The position numbers and the translations under genes were made by a program. This document shows positions 26,568 through 38,879 of a stretch of 64,000 bases of DNA, piece after piece. Under the pieces are notes generated by a model. The model saw only the letters and a program-made list of their open reading frames with translations. It did not search any database and was not told the origin of the DNA. The stretch's first letter is position 1. Each line of letters opens with the position of its first letter. Source of the stretch: Podarcis erhardii (Eukaryota); NCBI GenBank assembly GCA_964252035.1, contig OZ176203.1; one strand, written 5' to 3'.

Positions 26568-26813
26568 AAAGAAGAAGAAGAAGAAGAGTTTGGATTTGAT
26601 ATCCCACCTTTCACTCCCTTCAGGAGTCTCAAAGCGGCTAACATTCTCCTTTCCCTTCCTCCCCCACAACAAACACTCTGTGAGGTGAGTGGGGCTGAGA
26701 GACTTCAGAGAAGTGTGACTGGCCCAAGGTCACCCAGCAGCTGCATGTGGAGGAGCGGGGAAGCGAACCCGGTTCACCAGATTATGAGACTACCGCTCTT
26801 AACCACTACACCA
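26568..26813 (-). mobile_element. tRNA/MIR-derived SINE (Squam3-type)
   Basis: Minus strand: A-box tggtgtagtgg, B-box ggttcgcttcc, CORE-like gctgggtgaccttgggccagtcac, L2-type tail and (TCT)n terminus. Confidence 0.85.
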
Positions 26814-27044
26814 CCATTTTCGCTCCTTGGGTAGAAGTGAATAATTCTCTCTGTAGCTCTCTGGGAGCATGAAGAGAAGAATGAGAGCATGGAGGAGGAG
26901 AGAAGACAAAGGGTGGGGCTGTGCAGATGCACCAGCAGAGCCTATCCAGTATTCCTACTGATGCACCTGCACAGCCCCAGCCTTGCCACCCACCCTGTCC
27001 CACCTTTTTCCCCATTTGTGATGCTGGTCAGAAGGAGGGTGACT

Positions 27045-27104
27045 CCACCACACCACACCACACCACACCACACCACACCACACCACACCACACCACACCA
27101 CACC
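27045..27104. repeat. (CACAC)n pentanucleotide microsatellite
   Basis: Perfect 5-bp-period run. Confidence 0.97.
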
Positions 27105-27185
27105 GGTTGCTACTGCTAGAACACATTCCTTTCATGCAACATGGTCCTTACCTTCTCCAAAAGAGTTGTGGAAACCCTTCTTTAG

Positions 27186-27266
27186 AACCTGGAGAGCTGT
27201 CGTCAGCTGAAATAAGCAGTCCTCAGCTAGATGGATCAATGATCTGATTCAGAATAAGGCAGCTTC
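27186..27266 (+). mobile_element. 3' fragment of tRNA-derived SINE (family of 56300-56484)
   Basis: cctggagag...agctagatggatcaatgatctgattcagaataaggcagctt aligns by eye to the 3' half of the 56300 SINE. Confidence 0.5.
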
Positions 27267-27484
27267 ACATGACTTTTGACTATGATCTCAGCAGATACTC
27301 CAAGTCTTGAGGCACACTGTCCTGATAAAGGGTAGTCTTCTGCACTCTTTAAAATATGTACACTTTAGGATAGATATATCCTAAAGTAAATAGCTTAGGC
27401 AGCCATCAAAACATGAGTTTCCCAGTGCCTTGAAATATCATTTTAATAAAGTCAGGGAAGCTTAATAATATATGGAGCACAAAT

Positions 27485-27489
<5 letters not shown>

Positions 27490-27541
<52 letters not shown>
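27490..27541. repeat. (GA)n microsatellite
   Basis: Perfect AG run. Confidence 0.98.
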
Positions 27542-27543
<2 letters not shown>

Positions 27544-29944
27544 AAAAACAGGCAACTCTGAGCTATCAACTCAGTGGGTTTTTTTAAAATGCTAACAAAA
27601 AGTCATCCTGCAGTAACATCTATAATTAAATATTTAATAATCAGGAATAAATCAATTCCACAACTTATAGCTGAAAGAATTAGGTCTGTGTGATTTAAGG
27701 ATTACATATAGCATTGAGCCAAGTTCTATTTACAACATGTTCTGAGTTCAACAGTGGATAAATAGCAAACCAAGGCCACTATCCACACAACACCATCAAG
27801 TGCAGTTAGACTAACAGTGCAGTTCAAGGCTCTGTTACTGTATAACAGGAGCATATAGGACTTAGATCTCCAAGGTCAGAAGTGGGCATGTTCTACCTCC
27901 TTTGCTGGAGCAACAGCTGCCATTTGTGCTCCAGAGCTCTGCAGGATGATGCAACATCCCATAGGAGGGCATTTCAAAGTACAGTATGGGGGGGTTGGAT
28001 ATAACAGCAGAGCTTTGGGTGGGAATCTGAATCCCTCAATGTTTTTTTGAGAAGTCTAGTCTCTATAGTAGTAGTAGGATTTGACAATTGTGTTAGGATT
28101 TTCACCCTATTGACTGCTGCTTTCATTGCTGCAGAGCCAGCTTCTGCTTGTCTCAATGCAGCCAAAGTAAGGAATAAGACCAGGAAGTCCATCATCTTAA
28201 ATTTGAGTATTCTGACTTACATGAAGTTGCCTTGATTATGCTAATAGTTATATATAGGAGAGTAATTCCTTTTCACTGGGCTGACTTATCAGTGAACTTA
28301 CAAAAATAAGGGGCTGGCAACAGTGATATTTTATTTCCTTCATTGATTGATCTAGTTTGGGTAGCACTTTTAGGTTATTTTATACTTAGCCTGATGGAAA
28401 TATCTACTGTTTAATTGTGATGTGATGAGATGAAATTATCACATTTCATTTATACTCTCAGTTAACTTGAATGGTTATTTCAAACTTCTCCTTCTTCTTG
28501 CTGAATTCCAATAAAATTAAAGCTACAACTTTTGACTGCAATTTGAATATAGAATATGAAGACGAATGCCACTCTACATCCTGTTTATCTTGCCTTAGCC
28601 ATGCACTTGCATATCCCAACTTTGGTTTGGAAAATAGCTTTAATAATGCATGCCTTCTTAAAGGTCTATTCACTTGGTGCAATTCATTAATTAAACACAC
28701 CCTCGGTGCCATTTATTAATTCAAAGCGCATTTAATGTTTCAACACTGTTTTAAAATGTACAGAGTACTCGCCTACTTTGAATAAGCAAAGTGGTTTCCC
28801 TCAACATGCCTGGCGACAGCAGATGTGCTGAAGCTGTTTTCATTGTGTGTGCAAAGTCAATTTAAAAGGGAGCATATTTTGAGTAAGTTTATTACTACTC
28901 TCTGCTGGGATCCTGATGACTACTTTAGCATTTACAACCACTTTATGTGCACTTGCTGGTAATTACTCGAGTCCTCTCTGCACGATCAGTTTATCAGCAA
29001 TAAATACATATTTGATTCTCATCTTCTTCTAGACAGACCTAACAACTTTCCTTCTGTTGAGATAAGGTCGCATCACATTTTCTAAGCACTAAACTTGCAA
29101 TTTCTTAATGTGGGAGAATGTGACACCTTCTTCAAACTGTGCTGCAGTGACTGCTGTGTGCAACGCGGTTGCTTGCCTTGGTGTCATAGTTACTGCTGCT
29201 GTCATGGAGTGACAGTTCTTTCCTCTTTGGAGGTTTTTGTCCTCTTTCCCCCCTTCCTTAACACCATGCAGCATGAATGTGCTATGTGCTAGAAACCTTA
29301 ATTTTATCCAAACAGACATGCACCTAGGGAAGATTTCATTTTGTTTTTAGAAATGGCTGTGAAAGAAAAGACAAGTGTTCCTGCTAGCCACAGACTACAC
29401 ATTGATCTGTAGAAAGGCTCTTAATGCCATAGACAATGGACAAGCTGCAAAACAAACAAAAAAAAACCCCAAACCCCAAAGAATTCATATTTGGCAATTT
29501 CCTATTATTCTAAGCACATCCTAAAGGAGTATTTGTACAAATTCAGTGCTTGCTTTCAATTTAACTTTGAAATGTGTTCATGGTATATTGGTAGTGTGAG
29601 CACAAAATCACATGCTGCATGTCACCAAAACTTTTCCTACATGGAAAGCGGCACAAAATGCAATCTGTGTCTGTGATTATCTATTTACGACTGCTACTCA
29701 AAACACATTTAGAAGTCATACTGAAAATGGCTTTGGGTTCCCTCAAATTTTATCAGGTGTTTAATTCAAGAGGGAGCACCCCCCCCCTCTTCCCATTTTG
29801 GGGCAAAATGTCATTGGTAATTCTGGCAACAATCAAAAGTGTTGCATGAATTGGCCCATAATCCAACTGTTGTTCCAACTCAGTCTGAGCCTGTGGGTGA
29901 GATATTTGCCTTGAACTTAAGTGTTCTGTGCATATCTCCCAGCA

Positions 29945-30055
29945 AAGCATATAAGATCCATACTAGATCAGACTAATGGCTCATCTGTTCTCACAGTGCT
30001 AGCCAGATGCCCATGGGAAGCCTGCAAGGAGAATCTGAGTGCAACAGCACTTTCT
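29945..30055 (-). mobile_element. CR1-type 3' tail fragment
   Basis: cataagatccatactagatcagactaatggctcatc...ctgttctcacagtg...ccagatgcc, similar to 38880-38950 and 61915-62090. Confidence 0.5.
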
Positions 30056-32385
30056 TCATCTCTACCTGAACACTGAAACAAGCCAAATAATTGTTGTAGC
30101 TGTGGGCGCTGCCTTGTCACTTTGGCTGGGAAATTAGTATCTTATAGGTTAGCTAATGTGGATGGAAGTCTATATTCTTCTACTTCCTTATGAAAGGGAA
30201 ATAAAGTCTGAAGGTCTGCTGGAAGATTGCTCACATCTACTCAGAGTTAATCAATGGAAGGATTGATTTTCAGGTTATGGGGATCATCTTTTGTATTGAG
30301 GAAAGATTCAAGGGATGAACTGTGACTCACATTAAGTCATACAAAGTCACACAGTGCATCCTGGGGAATTTTTAGTTGTTTGCTTTATACCAAATGGATC
30401 ACTGAGGTGATGAGACATTTGTGGTGATAAGACATTTGAGGATGAGGGAGCACAGTAACTGTTGCCTCAGTGTGAGGCTGAGATCTGCAGATTACCAGTT
30501 GGGTAATGCTGCAAGTCTTTAAGAGGCCAGCATGAGTCATTTGAAATGCCATGGGGGAGTAGAAAGAACCATAAACCTGAAAGGAACCCAGATGAACATC
30601 AGTCTGGGAAATGACTTCCTTTGGTTGGCACTATCAAGTTTCTCTCTCATATATTTCATTACCTACTAAATTGATAGAAGAAGAAAATGTGTCTATTAGG
30701 AGAAATAAGGAAGAGGCTACAGAGATGAATCTGACTTCTTATTCATGGAAAGTGGGGCTGAGCCAGTGAGGAGGACTGGAACGTGGGGGCGAGGAGATCT
30801 CGTTGCAAATCAGCCCATTACTTTAAAGAATGGGCTATGAAAGCTACACATTTGGACTGAAAGGGGCATTAAAAGTTAGAAAAATAGCATTTATAGTTTG
30901 TATGATTCAACCCTCATTATGGCAAGTGTGGGCCATGTCTATTTAAATAAATAGATCTAAACAGTCATTGTTTTCAGCTTCCATGTCCCAGATGTAACAC
31001 GCAAAAACAATAATGGTGCATCTGAGAATAGTGCTGTGACCATGACTATAATACTATTTGGAAAGCATTTTCAACACTAAAAGAAGGAGTGGGGATGCTG
31101 GGAGCATCCTGAAAAGATCTCAAGAGCCTGGCAGCAGGCCTAGGAAATCTCTCTTCTTCAACTGCAGAGTCCTCAAGCTGTTAGCTCTCAGCCAGAGGAG
31201 AGCCCAGCCTTCCTTTATGCATATTTTAGAAGGCTCTTCAACTCCTTGACAGGCCACAATAAATCTTGCTCTTTGAGAGCTTAAAGAGAAGTGGGAGGAA
31301 TAAGAGCTAATGTATATAAAGACATCACTTAATTTAAAAGACAATTGGTAGCTTTTTATGTGCAGCATTATTCCTGAAAAGCATGCAAAATTAAAAGAGA
31401 AAAGGAGTTTTCATTAACAGCGTGGATTGATTTAAATCATACCAAATGACGATGAAACAGCATATAGTCCATTTAATTCTAGTCTCCTGGTGCTTCATAC
31501 CATATTGGTTGTAAAGTGAGCTCTAAGCAGATGTAGAGTTGCTGAGAAAGTACAAGGAAGCTGTTGGATGATATATTTTGCTTTGGAGAGAATAGATGAG
31601 TAAAGTAGATAAGAAAGAACTTTTTTTTCCTGGCAAAGAAAAATGATGTACATAATAAACGTTGCTGCCACAAACTTTGCAAAGTGATGCCAAACGATAC
31701 TGAAGAATTGAACAAGGAAATTTAACATTATTCTTTGTTTACAGTTTACTTTTTAAAAAACACCTCAAAATAGCTGCTGCCACAAAGTTCAACTTACTGC
31801 TAGTATTCCCTTCCATGTGTCTATTACAGATACAACTCTTTGGTTCCTGCCATCAAGACAGGCTGTAGGAGGAAAGGGAAGGGACTGGAAAGTTCATGCA
31901 GTGATAACCCTTATTTTAGGAAGACAAAGCATGAGTGTTTATCTGTGAGATGTGGGGTTCAGCAGGGGCACACCATAGCAACCAGTCCACAGTGAGCCTC
32001 TGCAAACTAAACTAGGAAATCAAAATATTAACACAGAAATTTGTAATGGTAGAAAATATTATAACTAACATGTTTATACAGACTCAATATTTACAAATCG
32101 TAGTTCCAAGAGTGGACATTTTGCACAATACGAAACACTGGTATTGGTTCAGGATATTGAAAGGATCATTAACAAACACGTGGCACATTTCAGTGCAGGT
32201 CTACTCAGGTAAATCCTATTGTGCTTAACAGGACTTACTTCCTAGTAAGTGTGTTTAGATTGGCACAGTCAACGTCTTCATTCTAACCAAGGTAGGTGCC
32301 TAGCACAGTGTTTCCCAACCGGTGTTCTGCGGCACACTAGTGTGCCGCGGGACGTCGGCTGGTGTGCCGTGGGAGGGAGGCGAGT

Positions 32386-33696
32386 CGGACGCCCCGTGCT
32401 CCACGCAGGGAGCGCAAGGCTTGCGGGCAGCAGCCTGCAGCGCGGAGCACGGGGCGCCCTCCGGAGGACGCCCCGTGCTCCACGCAGGTGTCCGCAAGCC
32501 TTGCGCACCCGGGGGATCTCCCCCCGGGAGCGCAAGGCTTGCGGGCAGCAGCCTGCAGCGCGGAGCACGGGGCGCCCTCCGGAGGACGCCCCGTGCTCCG
32601 CGCAGGTGTCCGCAAGCCTTGCGCACCCGGGGGATCTCCCCCCGGGAGCGCAAGGCTTGCGGACAGCAGCCTGCAGCGCGGAGCACGGGGCGCCCTCCGG
32701 AGGACGCCCCGTGCTCCGCGCAGGTGTCCGCAAGCCTTGCGCACCCGGGGGATCTCCCCCCGGGAGCGCAAGGCTTGCGGGCAGCAGCCTGCAGCGCGGA
32801 GCACGGGGCGCCCTCCGGAGGACGCCCCGTGCTCCGCGCAGGTGTCCGCAAGCCTTGCGCACCCGGGGGATCTCCCCCCGGGAGCGCAAGGCTTGCGGGC
32901 AGCAGCCTGCAGCGCGGAGCACGGGGCGCCCTCCGGAGGACGCCCCGTGCTCCGCGCTGGTGTCCGCAAGCCTTGCGCACCCGGGGGATCTCCCCCCGGG
33001 AGCGCAAGGCTTGCGGGCAGCAGCCTGCAGCGCGGAGCACGGGGCGCCCTCCGGAGGACGCCCCGTGCTCCGCGCAGGTGTCCGCAAGCCTTGCGCACCC
33101 GGGGGATCTCCCCCCGGGAGCGCAAGGCTTGCGGGCAGCAGCCTGCAGCGCGGAGCACGGGGCGCCCTCCGGAGGACGCCCCGTGCTCCACGCAGGTGTT
33201 GGCCAGCCTTGCGCACCCGGGGGATATCCCCCCGGGAGCGCAATGGCTTGCGGGCGGCAGCCTGCAGCGCGGAGCACGGGGCGCCCTCCGGAGGACGCCC
33301 CGTGCTCCACGCAGGTGTTGGCCAGCCTTGCGCACCCGGGGGATCTCCCCCCGGGAGCGCAAGGCTTGCGGGCGGCAGCTGGCAGCGCGGAGCACGGGGC
33401 GCCCTCCGGAGGACGCCCCGTGCTCCACGCAGGTGTTGGCCAGCCTTGCGCACCCGGGGGATCTCCCCCCGGGAGCGCAAGGCTTGCGGGCGGCAGCTGG
33501 CAGCGCGGAGCACGGGGCACCCTTCGGAGGACGCCCCGTGCTCCGCGCTGGTGTTGGCCAGCCTTGCGCACCCGGGGGATCTCCCCCCGGAGCGCAAGGG
33601 TTGCGGGCGGCAGCTGGCAGCGCGGAGCACGGGGCGCCCTTCGGAGGACGCCCCGTGCTCCGCGCTCGTGTTGGCAAGCCTTGCGCACCCGGGGGC
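32386..33696. repeat. GC-rich palindromic minisatellite, 118-bp unit, about 11 copies
   Basis: Unit starts at 32408, 32526, 32644, 32762, 32880, 32998, 33116, 33234, 33353, 33471 and about 33589. The consensus unit is 91/118 G+C with 15 CpG counting the junction. Confidence 0.98.
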
Positions 33697-33807
33697 GCAT
33701 GGGGCGCCCTGAAACAGAGGGTTCCCCATGCTGCGGGCTGTAGCCTGCCGACGCGCGGGGCGCCCTGAAGCAGAGCGCCCCTCGCGCCAGGCAGACATGG
33801 GCCAGCC

Positions 33808-33975
33808 CCACAAGCTCGGGGGACAGCGGGGAGGCGCAGCACCGCCATCCCACTGTTCCCCGACCTGGTTTTTTGGGGGGGAAATAAAGGAAAAAATTTT
33901 TTCCTTTATTTCCCCCCTCAAAAAAGTAGGTGCGTCCTATGGGACGGAGCGTCCTATGGGACGAAAAATACGGTA
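33808..33975. mobile_element. Single end of a Tc1/mariner (pogo/Tigger-like) MITE inside the hAT element
   Basis: Ends gcgtcctatgggacggagcgtcctatgggacgaaaaatacggTA. No partner TIR was seen. Contains a 42-bp perfect palindrome at 33876-33917. Left boundary approximate. Confidence 0.7.
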
Positions 33976-35370
33976 CTTACTATTTCATAATAAAGTAATT
34001 ATAAAATACTTTCTTTGTGTTTATTTGATTCCTATTAAAGAGAGTTACTTTATATATAGTCAATATAGGCACAGAGTTAATTTTTTAAACATTTTCTAAT
34101 GGTGGTGTGCCTCGAGATTTTTTTCATGAAACAAGTGTGCCTTTGCCCAAAAAAGGTTGGGAAACACTGGCCTAGCAGCAATGGGCAGGCTGGAGCTCAA
34201 AGGGAAAGTCTGAATCAGCCCAATATGTTTCAATATGTACTCAGAGGAGTTTAGTCTAGAAGATTTAACCTATGACAATTCATGAACCTTTCCCATTCAT
34301 ATTTCTATTAAATAGCAACATTGTTGTGCAGAAGTATATTGATTATCACATCTAAAACAAATGCAGAATAACTTAAATCACCAATAAGATGGTTTAATAT
34401 TCTTGAATTTCTTATTGATCAGAGACAATACTTTCAACATTAGTTAAGCAGTCCTTTACTAGTTATCAACTCTTTCCTAATAGTTCAAGATGTCCTAATG
34501 TGATCTGAGTGTTCCCACAGGTCTTCCTGTTTACTGTTGCAGGCTATACGGCATTAGTTTTAATTGGATCAGGAGTACCCTTTGAGAAATTGCATTAACC
34601 GTAATCGCTGTCTGATAATACTTTATTTTAAATGACAGTGTGGAATCTTTATTTTGCCTCTAAGTAAGCCTGTGTATGTGCTTTGTGGAAGGAAATCTCA
34701 ATCACTTTAAAGGCTGCTCAGATCACTGCAGGAAGCTACTGCAGTCATTTTCCTCAAAAGAAAAACAGTATTTGCTTAGCAAGAATTAACAAACTCTCAG
34801 CAAGACAATAACTACAACAAATCAATGTCCCAGATCTGCCTCCTATGTTTATTTATTTCCCTTTTGAGAGATACTCCTGCCATCCCCTCTTAGGCATATT
34901 TACAATAAAAGTGCTAATACACATAAATGTGTCAGCTAATCAGTGGGAGTTAATGCACAACAGAACTACTAGATCAAACCTCATGCATGCATTTTCTGCT
35001 TAGTCAGATTCTTGGTCAATGCTTTCCTTTCAAGCAGTGGATATTAATGCTGAGTGGATCTGGGCCATGTCTGGCACATTGTGAAATGACTGACCACCTG
35101 TGACACCTGTCACAGTGATCACATGTGCACATATTTTGAAATATGTATGTACATATTTCTGATAGGAACCCCAAATACTGGGACAGGTGGTTAGTGCCTC
35201 AGTTAGTTTCATCAGCGTGAGTCAATGGCCCAAATAGCATTTCTGCTTGGGAAGAATAGACCTTAGGATGGCACAACCTTGGCTGTCTGGAGTCTGTACT
35301 GACTCTAGTCAACAGAGAGCGGCATCTGCTTTTGCTTTGCTTTTGTTCTTTGTATCCTCATCCTATAAAT

Positions 35371-35479
35371 TAGGGTTGCCATACATCCAGCTTTTCCAAT
35401 ATTTCAAAGGCAGAACTGACATCAGCTCAACAATTTTGGAGGTGTCCTGGTTTTTACTTTTTGAAATATGGCAACCCTA
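35371..35479. mobile_element. Short MITE
   Basis: Perfect 13-bp inverted termini TAGGGTTGCCATA/TATGGCAACCCTA. Confidence 0.6.
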
Positions 35480-36979
35480 TGTAAATAAACTCTGTTAAAG
35501 AGCAAATATGCTGTTCTCTCTTGCCTACCTGAATCGAAACGAACCATTGCCCCATTGGCAATACAATAACACACAAAGAAGGGTCTCAGATGATGAATGT
35601 AGGTTCTGAGCAGGTTAGGAGATTATCTCAATTTTATCTGCATTTATGCCTATCTGAAAAGCAATGGCATGCAAATGTGATGAATAAATGCATTTTGGTG
35701 GTTTCACTGTATAGGGGCAAAAACCTGTTTGCACTGCTAATTTTTCACACTCTTGCTGAACTAGGATATTGAAGTGTGTTTAAAAGTAGGAAAAGAGCTA
35801 GATGGCTTAAATTCTGTCAAGGTTTGACAGTGGCTAAGCAATAGTATTTTGGAGCCTACGCTGCTGGCAGGTAACCATATTTTTCAGCAGAAAATTCTAA
35901 GTAACACAAATCCAGTCTGAAAGGAAATAAATCCCTTAATCTTTAAAAACAAAATAAAAATAGTAAATGGTTGCATGCTGTTTACATTAACCTTTTAAAA
36001 AAGTTTTGAGTGATCTGATTTATGCAAGCAGATTCCTACGATTATCCCTTATCTGACATAAATTTTGATTGAAACTTGGAGCAGTTTGCTTCAATAATGA
36101 CACTCCCTCCTGTAAATTATTGCCTCCAGCAAACGGCTGTGTGAAAAGAAATTGATTCCTACTGATTTGACATTTGCAAAAACATCCTTGTAGGACAGAT
36201 ATTTAGAAGATACTTGACTTCAAACACAATATAATCATAGCACCGGAGTGGACTTCAAGGATTATGTGGCCTTACATACTGCAGTGGCAGAATTTGCTAG
36301 AATGACAACTGTTCCCAAGAGAGGCTCATCTCCTATTTAGTATCCTCCTTCATGGAAGAAGATAACACCATCTTTTGGGATAACATACCCCCTTCTTGCA
36401 GTCAGGAGGCTTTTCTGATACAAAGGTCACATCCACACCACACATTAAAAGCACATGGATTCCCCCAAAACAGTCCTAGGCTAGATCTAGACACATTATT
36501 TGGAGATGACATGTCCTTTAAATGTCCTTTGAATCTGTGGCCTCTTTTGCTGTGCTATTCATCCATTACAAACACCTCTTCTGGGATTATTATAATCTGG
36601 GTGCAAGGGAAGCTCTATGTGTATGTAGAAAATGCTCTGTAGCACACTGTATGAATACATTTACGTCACATCCACACCATACATTTAAAGTATTATTAAT
36701 GCCACATTACCAATGATGAGTGCTGAGAATTTTCAGAAGACCCCTGTTCCCTCACAGAACTACAATTCCCAGAGATCTCTGAAAAGAAGGGTGGGTTGTT
36801 AAGCCATTTGGGATATCATAGCTCTGTGAGGGGAATAGGGGTTGCCTAACAATTCTCAGCACCCTGAATAAATTAATATTTCCCAGGATTCCTTGGGTGA
36901 AGTTGTGGTGTGAATTTTGCTTTAGTTCACTGCACTATAGATATTCAACCTTCAGGTGTTATTTGAAATATGTTTTTTT

Positions 36980-37006
36980 AATAATAATAATAATAATAAT
37001 AATAAT
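36980..37006. repeat. (AAT)n microsatellite
   Basis: Perfect AAT run. Confidence 0.95.
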
Positions 37007-38879
37007 GGAGTAGGCATAGTTTACATATTGTACAGTGCACTCCTATACATTTCTACTTAGATGAGTTCAATGGGACTTACTTCCAGATAGGTGTGTGTAA
37101 GATTGCAATTGTATTGTCATCATAGGGGAAAACCCATACTTAAATAACTAGTAGTATAACATCCAGCAGATTGAATATTTCTATTGTTTGTGGAATATAA
37201 AATTTAAAAAATCTTTCAGAAATGTGATTTTTCCTTTGTAGGAAAACTCCCCCCCCCCTTTAAAACGTACTCAGAAAACAGGACCAAACTCTTGAACTTA
37301 CCTGTATTCAGTCTGCTACCTTAGCTACATAATTCTTTCTCAGAAGAAAAAGCAAACCTGTTCAACAGCAAAACAAAGCTGTATAGTGGTTGTGCACATC
37401 TGCTGAAATTCTAGTGGTGAAATACTCTGGATTACGCATTTAATTTTAAAAGGATACATGAAAAAAATAAATGGCAAAGTACTTACATTTTGTAAAGTGG
37501 GTTTCATTAACAAAATCGTGTCAACTAATTATTTTGAATACATTTTTCATCTCAAAACTGTGATAAAACTAGAAATTGTATTCAGGAAGAACCATGGTTT
37601 TGAGACCTGACTGAATGCTTCTGTTTACACACTTAGTTCAAAAGCAAAACACACACCTTGAGCAATATCACCTAGTGATTTTTGAGAAAACGTATTTTTC
37701 GGATGTTACAGCTTTTCAGAGAGGCTTGAGTTGCTGTGTTGTGAATTATAATTAAAAGCCTTGGTCCTTATTAGCATTGGATTATAGTATCATGTATATG
37801 AACTTAAATAAGTGTCAGAGGTTATATGTCCAGGTGAATTTTGAAATTATAATTGAATGCCAAAGGCAAAATTAGGATTGTTAGCACAGTGAGAGATACT
37901 TTATAACAGAGTAAGTTATCACCTGGGGAAGGCAGCTGTGAATCAAGTTGCTATTTCAGCTTTTGATTAATTTAAATTTTTTCATCTTCTATCTTGTAAA
38001 TTATATCAGATTGATTTATCACAGGAGTTCAATAACTTACGATAGGCGCAAAGACACTGTGATAAATTGACCTAGACTTCTCCTTAGGATACATAATTCC
38101 ATTTCAAAATAACAGCCATGTCAATCATTGTGCAACATGACTTAGAAATAAGACCATGGTCTGTTATGGTATAATATATTCACACACACAAAAGTAAGAA
38201 TGAGTGATAGTGAAATTTAGGTACTCAGCGATGAGGATAGATCATCTGAAAAAAAATACCTTTAAAATTGGTATACCTAACTTGCAACTGTAGCAGAAAA
38301 GCATAAATTTTGCCAAACTTGCAGACTAAGGAATCACAAATGGAAACTTGGTGAAAATGTGAGGCTGAAAAAGGGGAGCAGGGAGGGGCATTGTAAGGGG
38401 GCCCCAGGGAGGCAAAACCCTGGGTTTTTTGCAGCATGGCCTAGATCCTTCCCTGACTTTTGAAAAACAACAACAAAAAACAACTTTCCTTATAGAGCAT
38501 CTGGGAGCACCGCAAAGCATTGTGCCCCCTACCACCATAATTTTCCAGAGACATCTGTACATATAAATTAGCACATGCAGATTTATATCATGGGCCTATC
38601 TTCCGAGTCCTTTCACTACTAGCAGCACAGCTAGTAGTGACACTTGGCAACTTGGGACATTTAGTACATGCCCATCAGAACTAATATTCTGTGAAGCTGA
38701 AGTATCCATTGCCTTAGTTGAGGGACTTTATGTGTGTGCATAAAGTGAATGCAGAGAATCAGACCATTGATATGAATTTCACACAAGAATCAGAGGGGAA
38801 GTAGGGAATTACATGTACCCTTTAGATGTGACAAAACAGCAACCACACACAGTAGTCTAGTTTGGGCACCCAAAGAAAC

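Larger units (their letters stand above)
32306..34169. mobile_element. Non-autonomous hAT (Charlie/Buster-type) transposon, 1864 bp
   Basis: Perfect 15-bp TIRs CAGTGTTTCCCAACC/GGTTGGGAAACACTG, perfect 8-bp TSD GCCTAGCA (32298-32305, 34170-34177), subterminal TGTGCC motifs. No transposase. Confidence 0.95.

Noticed and set aside
26889-27247. ORFs with PHHTT repeats
   Set aside because: Translation of the (CACAC)n microsatellite.
32386-33696. CRISPR-like array of palindromic repeats
   Set aside because: The units are contiguous with no unique spacers, there are no cas genes, and the context is vertebrate.
32249-33921. Six long ORFs (468-547 aa) covering all frames
   Set aside because: The 77% GC unit lacks stop codons, its length (118) rotates the frames, and its palindromy gives similar peptides on both strands. 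It lies inside a non-autonomous transposon.
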